From NCBI GenBank assembly GCA_947627385.1, contig CANQVV010000016.1, positions 1 to 26,311 on the forward strand: a stretch of DNA of 26,311 bases, read 5' to 3'. The notes below the pieces were generated by a model, which searched no databases, had not been told where the DNA came from, and was given only the letters and a program-made list of their open reading frames with translations. The stretch is from an uncultured Bacilli bacterium. Lineage in GTDB: Bacteria > Bacillota_I > Bacilli_A > RF39 > UBA660. Of this stretch, positions 1 through 8,400 are shown piece after piece; positions within the stretch are counted from its first letter, which is position 1; each line of letters begins with the position of its first letter. A program made the translations under genes and the position numbers.

Positions 1-151
1 TTCTTCTTTCTTATGCCCTCAAGTTTCCTTCTTTTTTGCACTTTATTTTATACTTTCTAATTTTTCAAGTCAAATTATTTTTCAATTTTTATCTTTTTTT
101 AATTTATTTTATTTTACAAGTTTATACTAACCTAGGTTTAGGAAAAAAATC

Positions 152-178
152 TTGACAAATTTTCGGGGGGGGTATACT
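152..178 (+). promoter_or_regulatory. Sigma-A-type promoter (TTGACA, 15-nt spacer, TATACT) with a G8 homopolymer filling the spacer
   Basis: TTGACA at 152-157, GGGGGGGG at 165-172, TATACT at 173-178. RBS AGGAAGG and a GTG start at 202 follow. Confidence 0.45.
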
Positions 179-201
179 TATAGTTAGGAAGGTGTGAGCT
201 T

Positions 202-1248
202 GTGAAAGAAAAGATAATAAATTTTTACAATCAAAATAAGAAATTAGTTTGGATTGTTGGAGGTGTACTTGTTCTTATTCTTGTCTTAGTTTTAATAGGT
301 GGTGGTAAGCAAGATAAATGGAATGATATTTTATTAAAAGATTATCTTCCCGAAGCAAAAAAAGGAAAATTAGATATTGGAATTAATGACAATGATAGTT
401 TAAGTTTAGATATTGAAAAAGTACCTAAAACATATTTTAATGAATATAAAAATGAATGTAAGAAAAAAGGATTTACAATTGATAGTGTAGAAGATGGCAA
501 TGAATTTGAAGCATTTAATAAAGAAGGATATAAATTAAGACTTTATGTTTATTCTGATGGTGATATAAGTGTTGATTTAGATGCTCCTGAAAAATTAAGT
601 GAAATAACTTGGCCAACTAGTGGACTAGCAACATTATTACCTACACCAAAATCAACATTTGGTAAAATTATAACTGATTCAAGTGAGTATTTTCATATTC
701 AATTAGGAAAAACTTCAAAAGATGAATATAACGATTATGTAAAAGCTTGTGAAGAAAAAGGTTTTACTAATGATTATGAAAAGGAAGAAAAATATTATAC
801 TGCTACAAATGCTGATAATTATGAAATTACTATTAAATATCTTGGTAATAATAATATTGATATTTATATTGAAACATCAGATGATGATGATCAAACAGTA
901 ACGGAAAATCCTTCTAGTAGTGATACTAATACAAATACTAATACAAATACTGAAAAACCTTCTAGTAATGATAGTAATATGGTTGATGGTATGAGAAAAG
1001 AATTTAAAGATGCTATGGATAGTTATGAAAAATTTATGAATGAATATGTTGCATTTATGAAAAAATATAATGCTAATCCTAGTGATATGGGATTAATTGC
1101 TGATTATGCTAAATGGTTAAGTAAATATAGTCAATTTGTTAGTGATTTTGATAAATGGGATGATGAAGATTTAAACGAAAAAGAATCAGCATACTATCTT
1201 AAAGTTCAAACCAGAATTAATCAAAAACTTTTAGAGATAGCAGATTAA
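202..1248 (+). CDS. Membrane-anchored extracytoplasmic protein with two ~60-aa internal repeats and a C-terminal helical domain of unknown function
   Basis: GTG start after AGGAAGG. N-terminal TM helix (LVWIVGGVLVLILVLVLIGGG). Two modules sharing Y-x2-Y-x3-C-x2-KGFT...Y.L..Y. TNTNTNT low-complexity linker. C-terminal Y/F/M-rich helical domain. Confidence 0.7.
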   Translation: MKEKIINFYNQNKKLVWIVGGVLVLILVLVLIGGGKQDKWNDILLKDYLPEAKKGKLDIGINDNDSLSLDIEKVPKTYFNEYKNECKKKGFTIDSVEDGNEFEAFNKEGYKLRLYVYSDGDISVDLDAPEKLSEITWPTSGLATLLPTPKSTFGKIITDSSEYFHIQLGKTSKDEYNDYVKACEEKGFTNDYEKEEKYYTATNADNYEITIKYLGNNNIDIYIETSDDDDQTVTENPSSSDTNTNTNTNTEKPSSNDSNMVDGMRKEFKDAMDSYEKFMNEYVAFMKKYNANPSDMGLIADYAKWLSKYSQFVSDFDKWDDEDLNEKESAYYLKVQTRINQKLLEIAD

Positions 1249-1257
1249 TAACATAAA

Positions 1258-1280
1258 AAAGAGATTAAAACCTCTTTTTT
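1258..1280 (+). terminator. Weak A/U-rich hairpin plus T-tract after the first gene (attenuator-like)
   Basis: AAAGAG-attaaaac-CTCTTT followed by TTTT. The 6-bp stem is mostly A-U. TATAAT at 1303-1308 follows. Confidence 0.3.
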
Positions 1281-1316
1281 ATGTTTAAATATTAAAATAT
1301 TATATAATGAGGTGTT

Positions 1317-2450
1317 ATGATGGCAATAGTTGAAGTAGTAAAATATAATGGAAAACCAAATGAAATGGCTTGGAAATATCCAAATGAAGAATTAGGAACT
1401 TGGACCCAAGTTATTGTAAATGAAACCCAAGAAGTAGTTTTTGTTAAAGAGGGTAAAGTATTTGATGTTTTAAAAGGTGGGAAAAGATATACTTTATCAA
1501 CAGATAATATACCTTTACTAAATAAAGTAATTAATTTACCATTTGGTGGTAGATCACCTTTTACAGCTGAATTATGGTATATTAATAAAATTTTTGCTCT
1601 TGATGTAAAATGGGGTACAGCTCCGGCAATTCAATTGCAAGATCCTAAATATAAAATTTTTATTCCGGTTACAGCCTTTGGTCAATTTGGTATAAAAGTA
1701 TCGGATTCTAAAAAATTTTTAACTAAATTAGTAGGTACTTTACCAAGTTTTGATCATGATATAATGGTTAAATATTTTAGAGGTGTTTTAGTTTCAAATG
1801 TTAAAAATATAATAAGTGGTTATTTAATTAAAAAAAATATATCTATATTAGAAATTAATGCCTATATTTCTGAAATTTCTCTTGAATTAGAAAATAAAAT
1901 AAGACCAGAATTAGATAAATATGGCATTGAATTAATCAATTTTTATGTTACTTCAATTGAAGCCCCAGAAGATGATCCAGCAGTTATAAAATTAAAAGAA
2001 GCATTATCTAAAAAAGCTGAAATGGATATTGTAGGATATGATTATACTACTAAAAGATCATTTGATACATTGGAAAGTGCTTCTAAAAATGAAGGTTCAG
2101 GAAATTTAATGAGTGCTGGAATTGGTATGGGCATGGGCTTTGGTGTTGGTGGTCAAATGGCTAAACAAATGAGTAATATATCTGATAAATTAGATATTTC
2201 TAATTCTAAATCAAAAGAAACGATTAAATGTAAAAAATGTGGAGCAATAGTTGATGATACTGCTAAGTTTTGCCCTGAATGTGGTGAGAAAATAGGTAAT
2301 TTTTGCAAGAAATGTGGGGCTAAATTAACCAGAAGTGGTCAAAAATATTGTCCTGAATGTGGTGAATTACAATTATTTTTATGTCCAAAGTGTAAAAAAG
2401 AAATTCCAGAAGAATCAAAATTTTGTCCCGAATGTGGTGAAAAAATTTAG
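1317..2450 (+). CDS. SPFH/Band-7 (YdjI-like, Band_7_1 family) protein with three C-terminal zinc-ribbon repeats
   Basis: N-terminus MAIVEVVKYNG..MAWKYPNEELGTWTQVIVNE matches the YdjI-type SPFH family. C-terminus has 3x C-x2-C...CPECGEKI ribbons. RBS GAGGTG. Confidence 0.8.
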   Translation: MMAIVEVVKYNGKPNEMAWKYPNEELGTWTQVIVNETQEVVFVKEGKVFDVLKGGKRYTLSTDNIPLLNKVINLPFGGRSPFTAELWYINKIFALDVKWGTAPAIQLQDPKYKIFIPVTAFGQFGIKVSDSKKFLTKLVGTLPSFDHDIMVKYFRGVLVSNVKNIISGYLIKKNISILEINAYISEISLELENKIRPELDKYGIELINFYVTSIEAPEDDPAVIKLKEALSKKAEMDIVGYDYTTKRSFDTLESASKNEGSGNLMSAGIGMGMGFGVGGQMAKQMSNISDKLDISNSKSKETIKCKKCGAIVDDTAKFCPECGEKIGNFCKKCGAKLTRSGQKYCPECGELQLFLCPKCKKEIPEESKFCPECGEKI

Positions 2451-2459
2451 AGGTGGAAG

Positions 2460-2831
2460 ATGAAAAATAAGAAAAATATAATATTACTAGTGGCATTAGT
2501 ATTGGTTATAACTTTTTCTACCTTATTGTTTTTTGGTATAGGTAATAATGAAAAATCTAGTATAGAAATATGGTCATTTATTTTTATTATCATGGCAGAA
2601 TTAATTTTTTATTGCAATGCATTAATATTACTTTCTAAAAAAACTAATACCTTTTTAAAAGCTGGTTTTAGCAGTACATCTTTTTTGTATTTAGTTTGTA
2701 CAATATTTATTAATACAATTTTTCTATCTATATTTAAAACACTTAAAAATTTATTAATAACAAATTTTTGTATATTAATTGCCTATTTTTTAATTAATAC
2801 AATTATTTTATTTTTTAAAAGGGAGGACTAA
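2460..2831 (+). CDS. Small polytopic membrane protein (3-4 TM), translationally linked to the SPFH gene
   Basis: 9-bp gap after the upstream stop with GAGGTGGAAG RBS. Highly hydrophobic 123-aa ORF. Confidence 0.6.
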   Translation: MKNKKNIILLVALVLVITFSTLLFFGIGNNEKSSIEIWSFIFIIMAELIFYCNALILLSKKTNTFLKAGFSSTSFLYLVCTIFINTIFLSIFKTLKNLLITNFCILIAYFLINTIILFFKRED

Positions 2832-3224
2832 GGTTGAAAAATAAAATATAAAAGATAAGTACGCAAAAAAGATTTTGGGCAAAAACTCAAAATTTAAAGG
2901 ATTATAATAGCTATTAAAATAAAATTTTGTTAGGGCATTGACTGAAAATTTCTATTTAAATTCATCGGAATATTGATAAACAAAGATAAGGTTTCGTGCT
3001 CTATATACATAAGTTATAAAAACTTAAAGGCACACTCATTTGTACTTTAGAAATAATCTACACATATAAAAATACGGGTTTAAGAAAAAAACTTAACACC
3101 ACTCACCTCCGCGTGATTTGTAGTGTACCGCTAACGAATAGCTATTATAAACTAAAAATTGTTAAAAGTAAAATTTTTCATTGCCGTTTGTTTCTTGAAG
3201 GCAAACGCAGTGAGACGGAAAGGA

Positions 3225-3755
3225 ATGTTTAGAAAAATGAATAATCAACAAAATTTTAAAACTTATAATAAAAAAACTAATAGATTAATTATTTGGGCTA
3301 TTATTTTAATTTTAATTGGTTTTAGTGGAATATCTGTATATTTTGATAGCTATGAATTTAGTGATTTATTATTAGCCCTTTTAGTATTTATTTTACCAGG
3401 TTGTATATGTGCTTGTACTTTTTATAAAAGAAAAGAAAAATTAAAAGAATATCGTCAATATATCAAATATATTAATTCTAGAAGAAAAATCAAGTTAGAT
3501 GATTTAAGTAATAAATTTGGTAAGGATATAAATACAATAAGTGATATATTATCTGATATGATTAATATTGGAATGATTAATGGCTATTTAAATGATGATG
3601 AATTAATAGTAAAAGATAAAAATAATATTGAATTAGAAGAAGAGAATATAAATAAAGAAACAAAAGTTGTTAAATGTCGAGAATGCGGGGCTAAAAATAC
3701 TATTGTAGTTGGTGAGAAAAAAGAATGTGAGTATTGTGGTAGTACCTTGCAATAA
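3225..3755 (+). CDS. Membrane protein with a C-terminal zinc ribbon. The ORF track start at 3159 is probably an artefactual N-terminal extension.
   Basis: ATG at 3225 is preceded by GGAAAGGA. Two TM helices. C-terminal CRECG...CEYCG ribbon. The 3159-3224 extension is hydrophobic/basic and lacks an RBS. Confidence 0.6.
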   Translation: MFRKMNNQQNFKTYNKKTNRLIIWAIILILIGFSGISVYFDSYEFSDLLLALLVFILPGCICACTFYKRKEKLKEYRQYIKYINSRRKIKLDDLSNKFGKDINTISDILSDMINIGMINGYLNDDELIVKDKNNIELEEENINKETKVVKCRECGAKNTIVVGEKKECEYCGSTLQ

Positions 3756-3756
3756 A

Positions 3757-4683
3757 TTAATTAGTTTTATTGATCTTTTTACCTTGATAAGTATCTCTTT
3801 TAACCATTTCTTTATCTATATCATTTAGAACACAAAATTTTTTTAATAACCAATCGGGAGTTATTAATTCTTCTTTAATTGGATCACCAGTTATTCTTTC
3901 AATAACTATTTTAGGATTTAATAATTCTAATTGTTTAATAACTATATCTATATATTGTTCCTTAATTAAGATAGGGAATTTTTCTTTATGATAAATTTCA
4001 GCTAATTTAGTATTTTTAGAAATATATAACATATGAATTTTAATACCATCAATATTTAAATTATTTAAAAGTTTAACAGTATTTAACATATCAATTTCTG
4101 TTTCATAAGGAAGGCCATTGATAATATGTGCTACTACAAAAATATTTTTAGCTTTTAATTTTTTAACGGCATCAATAAAGCATTTAGTATCATGACCTCT
4201 ATTAATAAATTTTAAAGTTTCATCATTACTACTTTGAAGGCCTAATTCAATAGTTAAAAAAGTTTTTTTATTTAATTTACTTAAAAAATCAATCATTTCA
4301 TCATTTAAGCAATCTGGTCTAGTAGCAATGGAAATACCTACAACTTTGGGAATATCTAAAACACTTGTAAATAATTGTTTCAAAGTATTGATATCACCAT
4401 AAGTATTAGTTCCTGCTTGAAAGTAAGCAATATATAAACTATGAGGCCATTTATGTTCTAAAATGTCGACATTCTTTTTAAATTGTTCTTTAATATCTAA
4501 ATTTTGATCAGTAATATTAGCTCTACTACCATTACTACAAAAGATACACCCATTACCATTTATTTTATTTGGACAGCTTAAATGAGCATCAAGGGGAACT
4601 TTGAAAACTTTACTTTTAAATTTGGTTTTTAAAAAATAATTTAAAGTATGATATCTTTTATTATCTAAACTATATTTAAACAT
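3757..4683 (-). CDS. Radical SAM protein, TIGR01212 family (YhcC/YtqA-like)
   Basis: Motifs CPN..G.GCIFC, YIAYFQAGTNTYG, GISIATRPDC, IELGLQSSNDETLKFINRGHD and GIKIHMLYISKNT all align to E. coli YhcC. RBS AAAGGTGG. Confidence 0.88.
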   Translation of the reverse strand: MFKYSLDNKRYHTLNYFLKTKFKSKVFKVPLDAHLSCPNKINGNGCIFCSNGSRANITDQNLDIKEQFKKNVDILEHKWPHSLYIAYFQAGTNTYGDINTLKQLFTSVLDIPKVVGISIATRPDCLNDEMIDFLSKLNKKTFLTIELGLQSSNDETLKFINRGHDTKCFIDAVKKLKAKNIFVVAHIINGLPYETEIDMLNTVKLLNNLNIDGIKIHMLYISKNTKLAEIYHKEKFPILIKEQYIDIVIKQLELLNPKIVIERITGDPIKEELITPDWLLKKFCVLNDIDKEMVKRDTYQGKKINKTN

Positions 4684-4817
4684 AGATTACCACCTTTAAA
4701 ATATCATAACAATTAAAGAAAGATAGTGCAATGTTTGTTTAAAAAAATAACAAATTATCAGTAAAGATAATTTTAAAATTTAAGAAAGTATGTTAAAATA
4801 ACTTTTAGGTGAACTTT

Positions 4818-5483
4818 ATGCTAGTTTATGGAAGAAATGTCTTAAAAGAATTAGACAAAAAGAAAATTCGTAAAATTTATATCAGCAGTAAAGAATTAAT
4901 CCCATATTTAAAGAATGAAAATTTAAAATATGAGTTTGTGCCTAAACAAAGACTTGATCAAATGGTAAAAGGTAATCATCAAGGTGTTGTTATAGATATT
5001 TATAATTATGAATATTATAGTATGGACGATATCGAGGGAGATTTTGTTTTAATATTAGATCATTTAGAAGATCCTCATAATTTTGGTGCTATTATTCGTA
5101 CTTGTGAATGTGCAGGGATTAAAAGTATTATAATTCCCAAAGATAGAAGTGTTTTAGTAACTGATACTGTGGTGCATATTAGTGCTGGGGCAATTGAACA
5201 TGTTAAAATTATTATGGTTAATAACTTAACTAATGCTATTGATAAATTAAAAAAAGATGGTTATTTTATTTATGCTGCCGATATGTTAGGAGAAAATTAT
5301 CAAAAAGTAGACTATGCTTCCAAAAAAGTTTTAGTTATTGGTAGTGAAGGAGAAGGCATAAGTAAAAGAGTTTTAGATAATAGTGATGTTGTCATAAGTA
5401 TTTCAATGAAAGGTCAAATAAATAGTTTAAATGCCTCTGTTTCAGCAGCTATACTTATTTATGGAATGAATAGAAATGAATAA
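4818..5483 (+). CDS. rlmB: 23S rRNA (guanosine-2'-O)-methyltransferase RlmB (SpoU/TrmH family, YacO-like)
   Basis: LVYGRNVLKEL N-terminus. SpoU motifs LILDHLEDPHNFGAIIRTCECAGI and VLVIGSEGEGIS. AGGTGA lies 5 nt before the ATG at 4818, so the GTG at 4809 in the ORF track is less likely. Directly upstream of sigH, as in Bacillus. Confidence 0.85.
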   Translation: MLVYGRNVLKELDKKKIRKIYISSKELIPYLKNENLKYEFVPKQRLDQMVKGNHQGVVIDIYNYEYYSMDDIEGDFVLILDHLEDPHNFGAIIRTCECAGIKSIIIPKDRSVLVTDTVVHISAGAIEHVKIIMVNNLTNAIDKLKKDGYFIYAADMLGENYQKVDYASKKVLVIGSEGEGISKRVLDNSDVVISISMKGQINSLNASVSAAILIYGMNRNE

Positions 5484-6111
5484 TAATGAAGAATTAGAAA
5501 AACTTAATGATAATGAACTTATTATGTTATATCGGGAAGAAGATGAAGATGCTAAAAATTTACTTTATAATAAATATCGTTTTATTATTGATATTTTAAT
5601 TAAAAAATATTTAGGGATGCTTAGTACTTTAAATGTTGATTATCAAGATATATATAGTGAATGTGCCTTAGGTTTTAGTGATGGACTTCGTAGTTTTCAA
5701 GATGATAAAGAAACTAGTTTAGCAACGTTTATTACTCTTTGTGTAGAGCGAAGAATAAATGCTATGATTAGAAAATATAATCGAGATAAACATAAAAGTT
5801 TTCAAAATGCTTATTCCTTAGAATTTATTTATAATGATGAAAATGATCCCCTTATTAATTTAATTAGTGATGATTGTAATCATGATCCTTTAAAAAATAT
5901 GATGGAAGAAGAAGAATATAAAGATTTAATCCAAAGAATAGAGAATGCTTTAACTAAACAAGAATATGAAGTTTTTATTTTAAAAGCCAAAGGATTTAAT
6001 TATTTAGAAATAGCTAAAATATTACATAAATCACCAAAACAAGTTGATAATACTATTCAAAGATTAAAAATGAAAATTAAAAAAATTGTGCAAGAAAAAG
6101 TTGAAATATAA
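5476..6111 (+). CDS. sigH: Sporulation/transition-state sigma factor SigH (sigma-70 family)
   Basis: Region 2 (FQDDKETSLATFITLCVERRINAMIRKYNRDKHKS) closely matches B. subtilis SigH (DFKEDKLTSFKAFAELCITRQIITAIKTATRQKH). Region 4 HTH (YLEIAKILHKSPKQVDNTIQRLKMKIKK). 8-bp overlap with rlmB. Confidence 0.85.
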   Translation: MNNNEELEKLNDNELIMLYREEDEDAKNLLYNKYRFIIDILIKKYLGMLSTLNVDYQDIYSECALGFSDGLRSFQDDKETSLATFITLCVERRINAMIRKYNRDKHKSFQNAYSLEFIYNDENDPLINLISDDCNHDPLKNMMEEEEYKDLIQRIENALTKQEYEVFILKAKGFNYLEIAKILHKSPKQVDNTIQRLKMKIKKIVQEKVEI

Positions 6112-6112
6112 A

Positions 6113-6137
6113 TATGCTTAAAGGCGTATTTTTTTCT
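6113..6137 (+). terminator. Intrinsic terminator after sigH
   Basis: ATATGC-ttaaag-GCGTAT hairpin (one G-U pair) followed by TTTTTTT. Confidence 0.5.
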
Positions 6138-6155
6138 TGAAATTTCCTTAATGAT

Positions 6156-6185
6156 ATTTACAAATAAAATTAACTTTGATATAAT
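6156..6185 (+). promoter_or_regulatory. Promoter of the 6214-8369 operon (TTTACA, 18 nt, TGaTATAAT extended -10)
   Basis: TGATATAAT at 6177-6185. The AAGGGAGTGG RBS precedes the ATG at 6214. Confidence 0.4.
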
Positions 6186-6213
6186 TTAAACATAATAAAG
6201 GGAGTGGTTATAA

Positions 6214-7308
6214 ATGAAGATGTTAACTGCGGATATAACTAAATTATTAGATAAGTTGTATAACCTAAGGGGAGAAGATAGTGTTATTCTTTCTAAAATG
6301 GAAAAAGAAAGAGAAACTGCTACGGAAACTAAGGAAAGAACTACTAAAGAAAGAGCAGCACTACAAGAAAAAATTGAAAATTTAACTGAGGAAGAAAGAG
6401 TTTTAGGTGATGAGGGTGAAAAATTAGTTGATGCCCTAAGTCATATTAAAGCTGAGGATTTTCAAACAGTTTTAAATAAATTAAAAATTGATTTTAATCC
6501 TGATAAATTGAGTGAAGAAGTAAATAGATTACTTCCTAAGACTATTAATAAAGTTCAAGAAGAAACTAAGAGTGCCCAAGATGCTCTTGTAAAAGTAGAA
6601 GCTGAAATGAATACTGCTGAGGCTACTATTGAAGAGTTGGCAATTAGAAAAGATGAAGCCTTAGAAAATCAAGCAAGATTAAATGAATATTTTGATTTAG
6701 CTCTTAATGGTAATATCAATATAACCAGAGATTCAATTACATCATTGTTAGAAAAATTTGATTTTAATGAAGATGAATCAAGAGAAGCTGCTAAAATAAT
6801 GATGTTCCCAGAAGATGCTTTATTTGAATATGAAGATAAATTAAAAAATGCATCTCAACCTGGTAAAAGTATTTCTGAGGTTTTTGCTGAGGCCAAAGAA
6901 AATGTTGAAGAATCAGAAGTAGCAGAAACCGAAGAGAAATCTTTATCACCTAAGGAAGAATTAATTGAATTATTAACAGAATTAGGTTTTGATTATTTAG
7001 AATTTACTAATAATGATATAGAAAAGATTTTAGCAAATTATAATGCTCATGATTTAAAGAAAAATGTAGAATTTGCTAAGGAACATAATTTAGGACTTGA
7101 TATGTTTGTTGATAATATTGAGCTTCTATATGATAAAGATTTTGAACAAAAAATAAATCAATTAGTAGAAATTGGCAAAGAACCATTTGATATCTATTTA
7201 AATCCAAGCATTTTAATTAAATATAATAAAAATGATTTAGAGGATGCAATTAACACTATTAAAGATAGTGGTTTAGATCCAAAAATCGTGCCATTAATTG
7301 CATATTAA
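6214..7308 (+). CDS. Hypothetical acidic coiled-coil protein with a C-terminal helical-repeat domain (L-x2-LG motifs)
   Basis: Strong RBS. The N-terminal ~200 aa are E/K-rich heptad-like coiled coil. The C-terminal ~120 aa carry repeated LTELGFDY / NLGLDMF / LVEIGKEPFDIYLNPSIL motifs. Confidence 0.6.
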   Translation: MKMLTADITKLLDKLYNLRGEDSVILSKMEKERETATETKERTTKERAALQEKIENLTEEERVLGDEGEKLVDALSHIKAEDFQTVLNKLKIDFNPDKLSEEVNRLLPKTINKVQEETKSAQDALVKVEAEMNTAEATIEELAIRKDEALENQARLNEYFDLALNGNINITRDSITSLLEKFDFNEDESREAAKIMMFPEDALFEYEDKLKNASQPGKSISEVFAEAKENVEESEVAETEEKSLSPKEELIELLTELGFDYLEFTNNDIEKILANYNAHDLKKNVEFAKEHNLGLDMFVDNIELLYDKDFEQKINQLVEIGKEPFDIYLNPSILIKYNKNDLEDAINTIKDSGLDPKIVPLIAY

Positions 7309-7320
7309 GGAGGCTTATAT

Positions 7321-8085
7321 ATGAATATTAAAGAAAAAATTGATTTATTTGGTTTTTCCGAAGAAGAAGCAAAAAAAGCTTGGAAATTTTCTGCATCTCT
7401 TGCCTTTGTAAGTGGAGAGGAAATTATAACAGCATTAGATACCTTAGCTGAACTTGGATTACAAATAAGATATGCCAGAGAAATTAAAGTTGTTCTTAAT
7501 GAAATTAGAAAATTAAAAAATAATTATAATTTTGCTAATGATTCACATGAAGTTGATATGTATGAACAAGATTTAAATAGAATTAGTAATAATAACAATG
7601 GTTTAGATTTTCATCGTCGTAAATTATATTGTGAACAAAATGGTATAGAATATAGAGATGAAAAAGGAAAATATAAAAAATTCTTATTTAAAGAAGCATT
7701 ATTTAGAGATATTACTAATGGTGTTGAAGTTGAACATGAAGTAAAAAATGAACAAGAACCGTATGTTCCAGCTTCTGAATTAATGGCAGAACCACAAAGT
7801 GAGATTTCAGCTTCTGATAATGATGCTAATCTATCTATACAAGATTTAGATATTCCAGAAGATCCTGATCATATAGATATAAAAGATTATATGCAAGCAG
7901 ATAAAGATATGGATAAGATAGATGCTCAAACAACAACTTTTGCTCAAATAAGAAGTGATTTAGAAAAACAACTTCGGGAATTAGATGATTTAAGAAATCA
8001 AAATGAGATGGATAATAATGTTATTCCATTTAGTGATATAGAAGTGGAAAGTTATGGTATAGGTAGAGGTGGAAGAGCTGCATGA
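7321..8085 (+). CDS. Hypothetical acidic protein, second gene of the unknown operon (helical N-domain with LAELGL motif)
   Basis: AAGGAGG RBS 12 nt after the upstream stop. 254 aa with an acidic, low-complexity C-terminal half. Confidence 0.6.
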   Translation: MNIKEKIDLFGFSEEEAKKAWKFSASLAFVSGEEIITALDTLAELGLQIRYAREIKVVLNEIRKLKNNYNFANDSHEVDMYEQDLNRISNNNNGLDFHRRKLYCEQNGIEYRDEKGKYKKFLFKEALFRDITNGVEVEHEVKNEQEPYVPASELMAEPQSEISASDNDANLSIQDLDIPEDPDHIDIKDYMQADKDMDKIDAQTTTFAQIRSDLEKQLRELDDLRNQNEMDNNVIPFSDIEVESYGIGRGGRAA

Positions 8086-8369
8086 AATTTTTAGAAAAAT
8101 ATGATTTTACTAAGGAAGACATTGCTGAATTTTTAAATAATTCACCAAAAAAATTAATTGATGGTATCAAAGAGAATAAAAAATTAGTTGGTCAAAATAT
8201 TAAATATTTAAAAGATTTAGGAATTACTAATTATCAAGAAGTATTCTTAGAATATTATGATATGTTTTTATTAGATCATAGTAATTTTGTTAGTATATTT
8301 TCTAAATATGAACCAGAAGATTTGATTGAAAAAATAAAGAAAAATATTAGAATAGTAGAATATTTATAA
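8082..8369 (+). CDS. Hypothetical 95-aa helical-repeat protein, third gene of the operon
   Basis: ATGA start/stop overlap with the upstream gene. Contains LKDLGITNYQEVFLEY and LIDGIKENKKLVGQNIKYL repeats. Confidence 0.55.
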   Translation: MKFLEKYDFTKEDIAEFLNNSPKKLIDGIKENKKLVGQNIKYLKDLGITNYQEVFLEYYDMFLLDHSNFVSIFSKYEPEDLIEKIKKNIRIVEYL

Positions 8370-8370
8370 A

Positions 8371-8391
8371 GGTGCGCAAGCATCTTTTTTA
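8371..8391 (+). terminator. Intrinsic terminator of the three-gene operon
   Basis: GGTGC-GCAA-GCATC (5-bp stem with a GNRA tetraloop) followed by TTTTTT. Confidence 0.55.
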
Positions 8392-8400
8392 TATTAAATT

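Noticed and set aside
1-151. Possible gene end or small ORF (cttATGccctcaag...) at the left edge
   Set aside because: Only a ~16-codon open frame. It is probably the 3' UTR or terminator region of an upstream gene outside the window.
3159-3224. N-terminal extension of the zinc-ribbon membrane protein as given by the ORF track
   Set aside because: No RBS. It translates through a hairpin. The internal ATG at 3225 has a GGAAAGGA RBS and gives a sensible N-terminus.
4688-4706. Shared 13-mer GTTATGATATTTT just upstream (minus strand) of both the radical-SAM gene and the XRE regulator gene (also at 13188-13200)
   Set aside because: It most likely reflects similar TATGAT -10 promoter context in AT-rich DNA. 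Two copies are insufficient to call a regulatory motif or repeat family.
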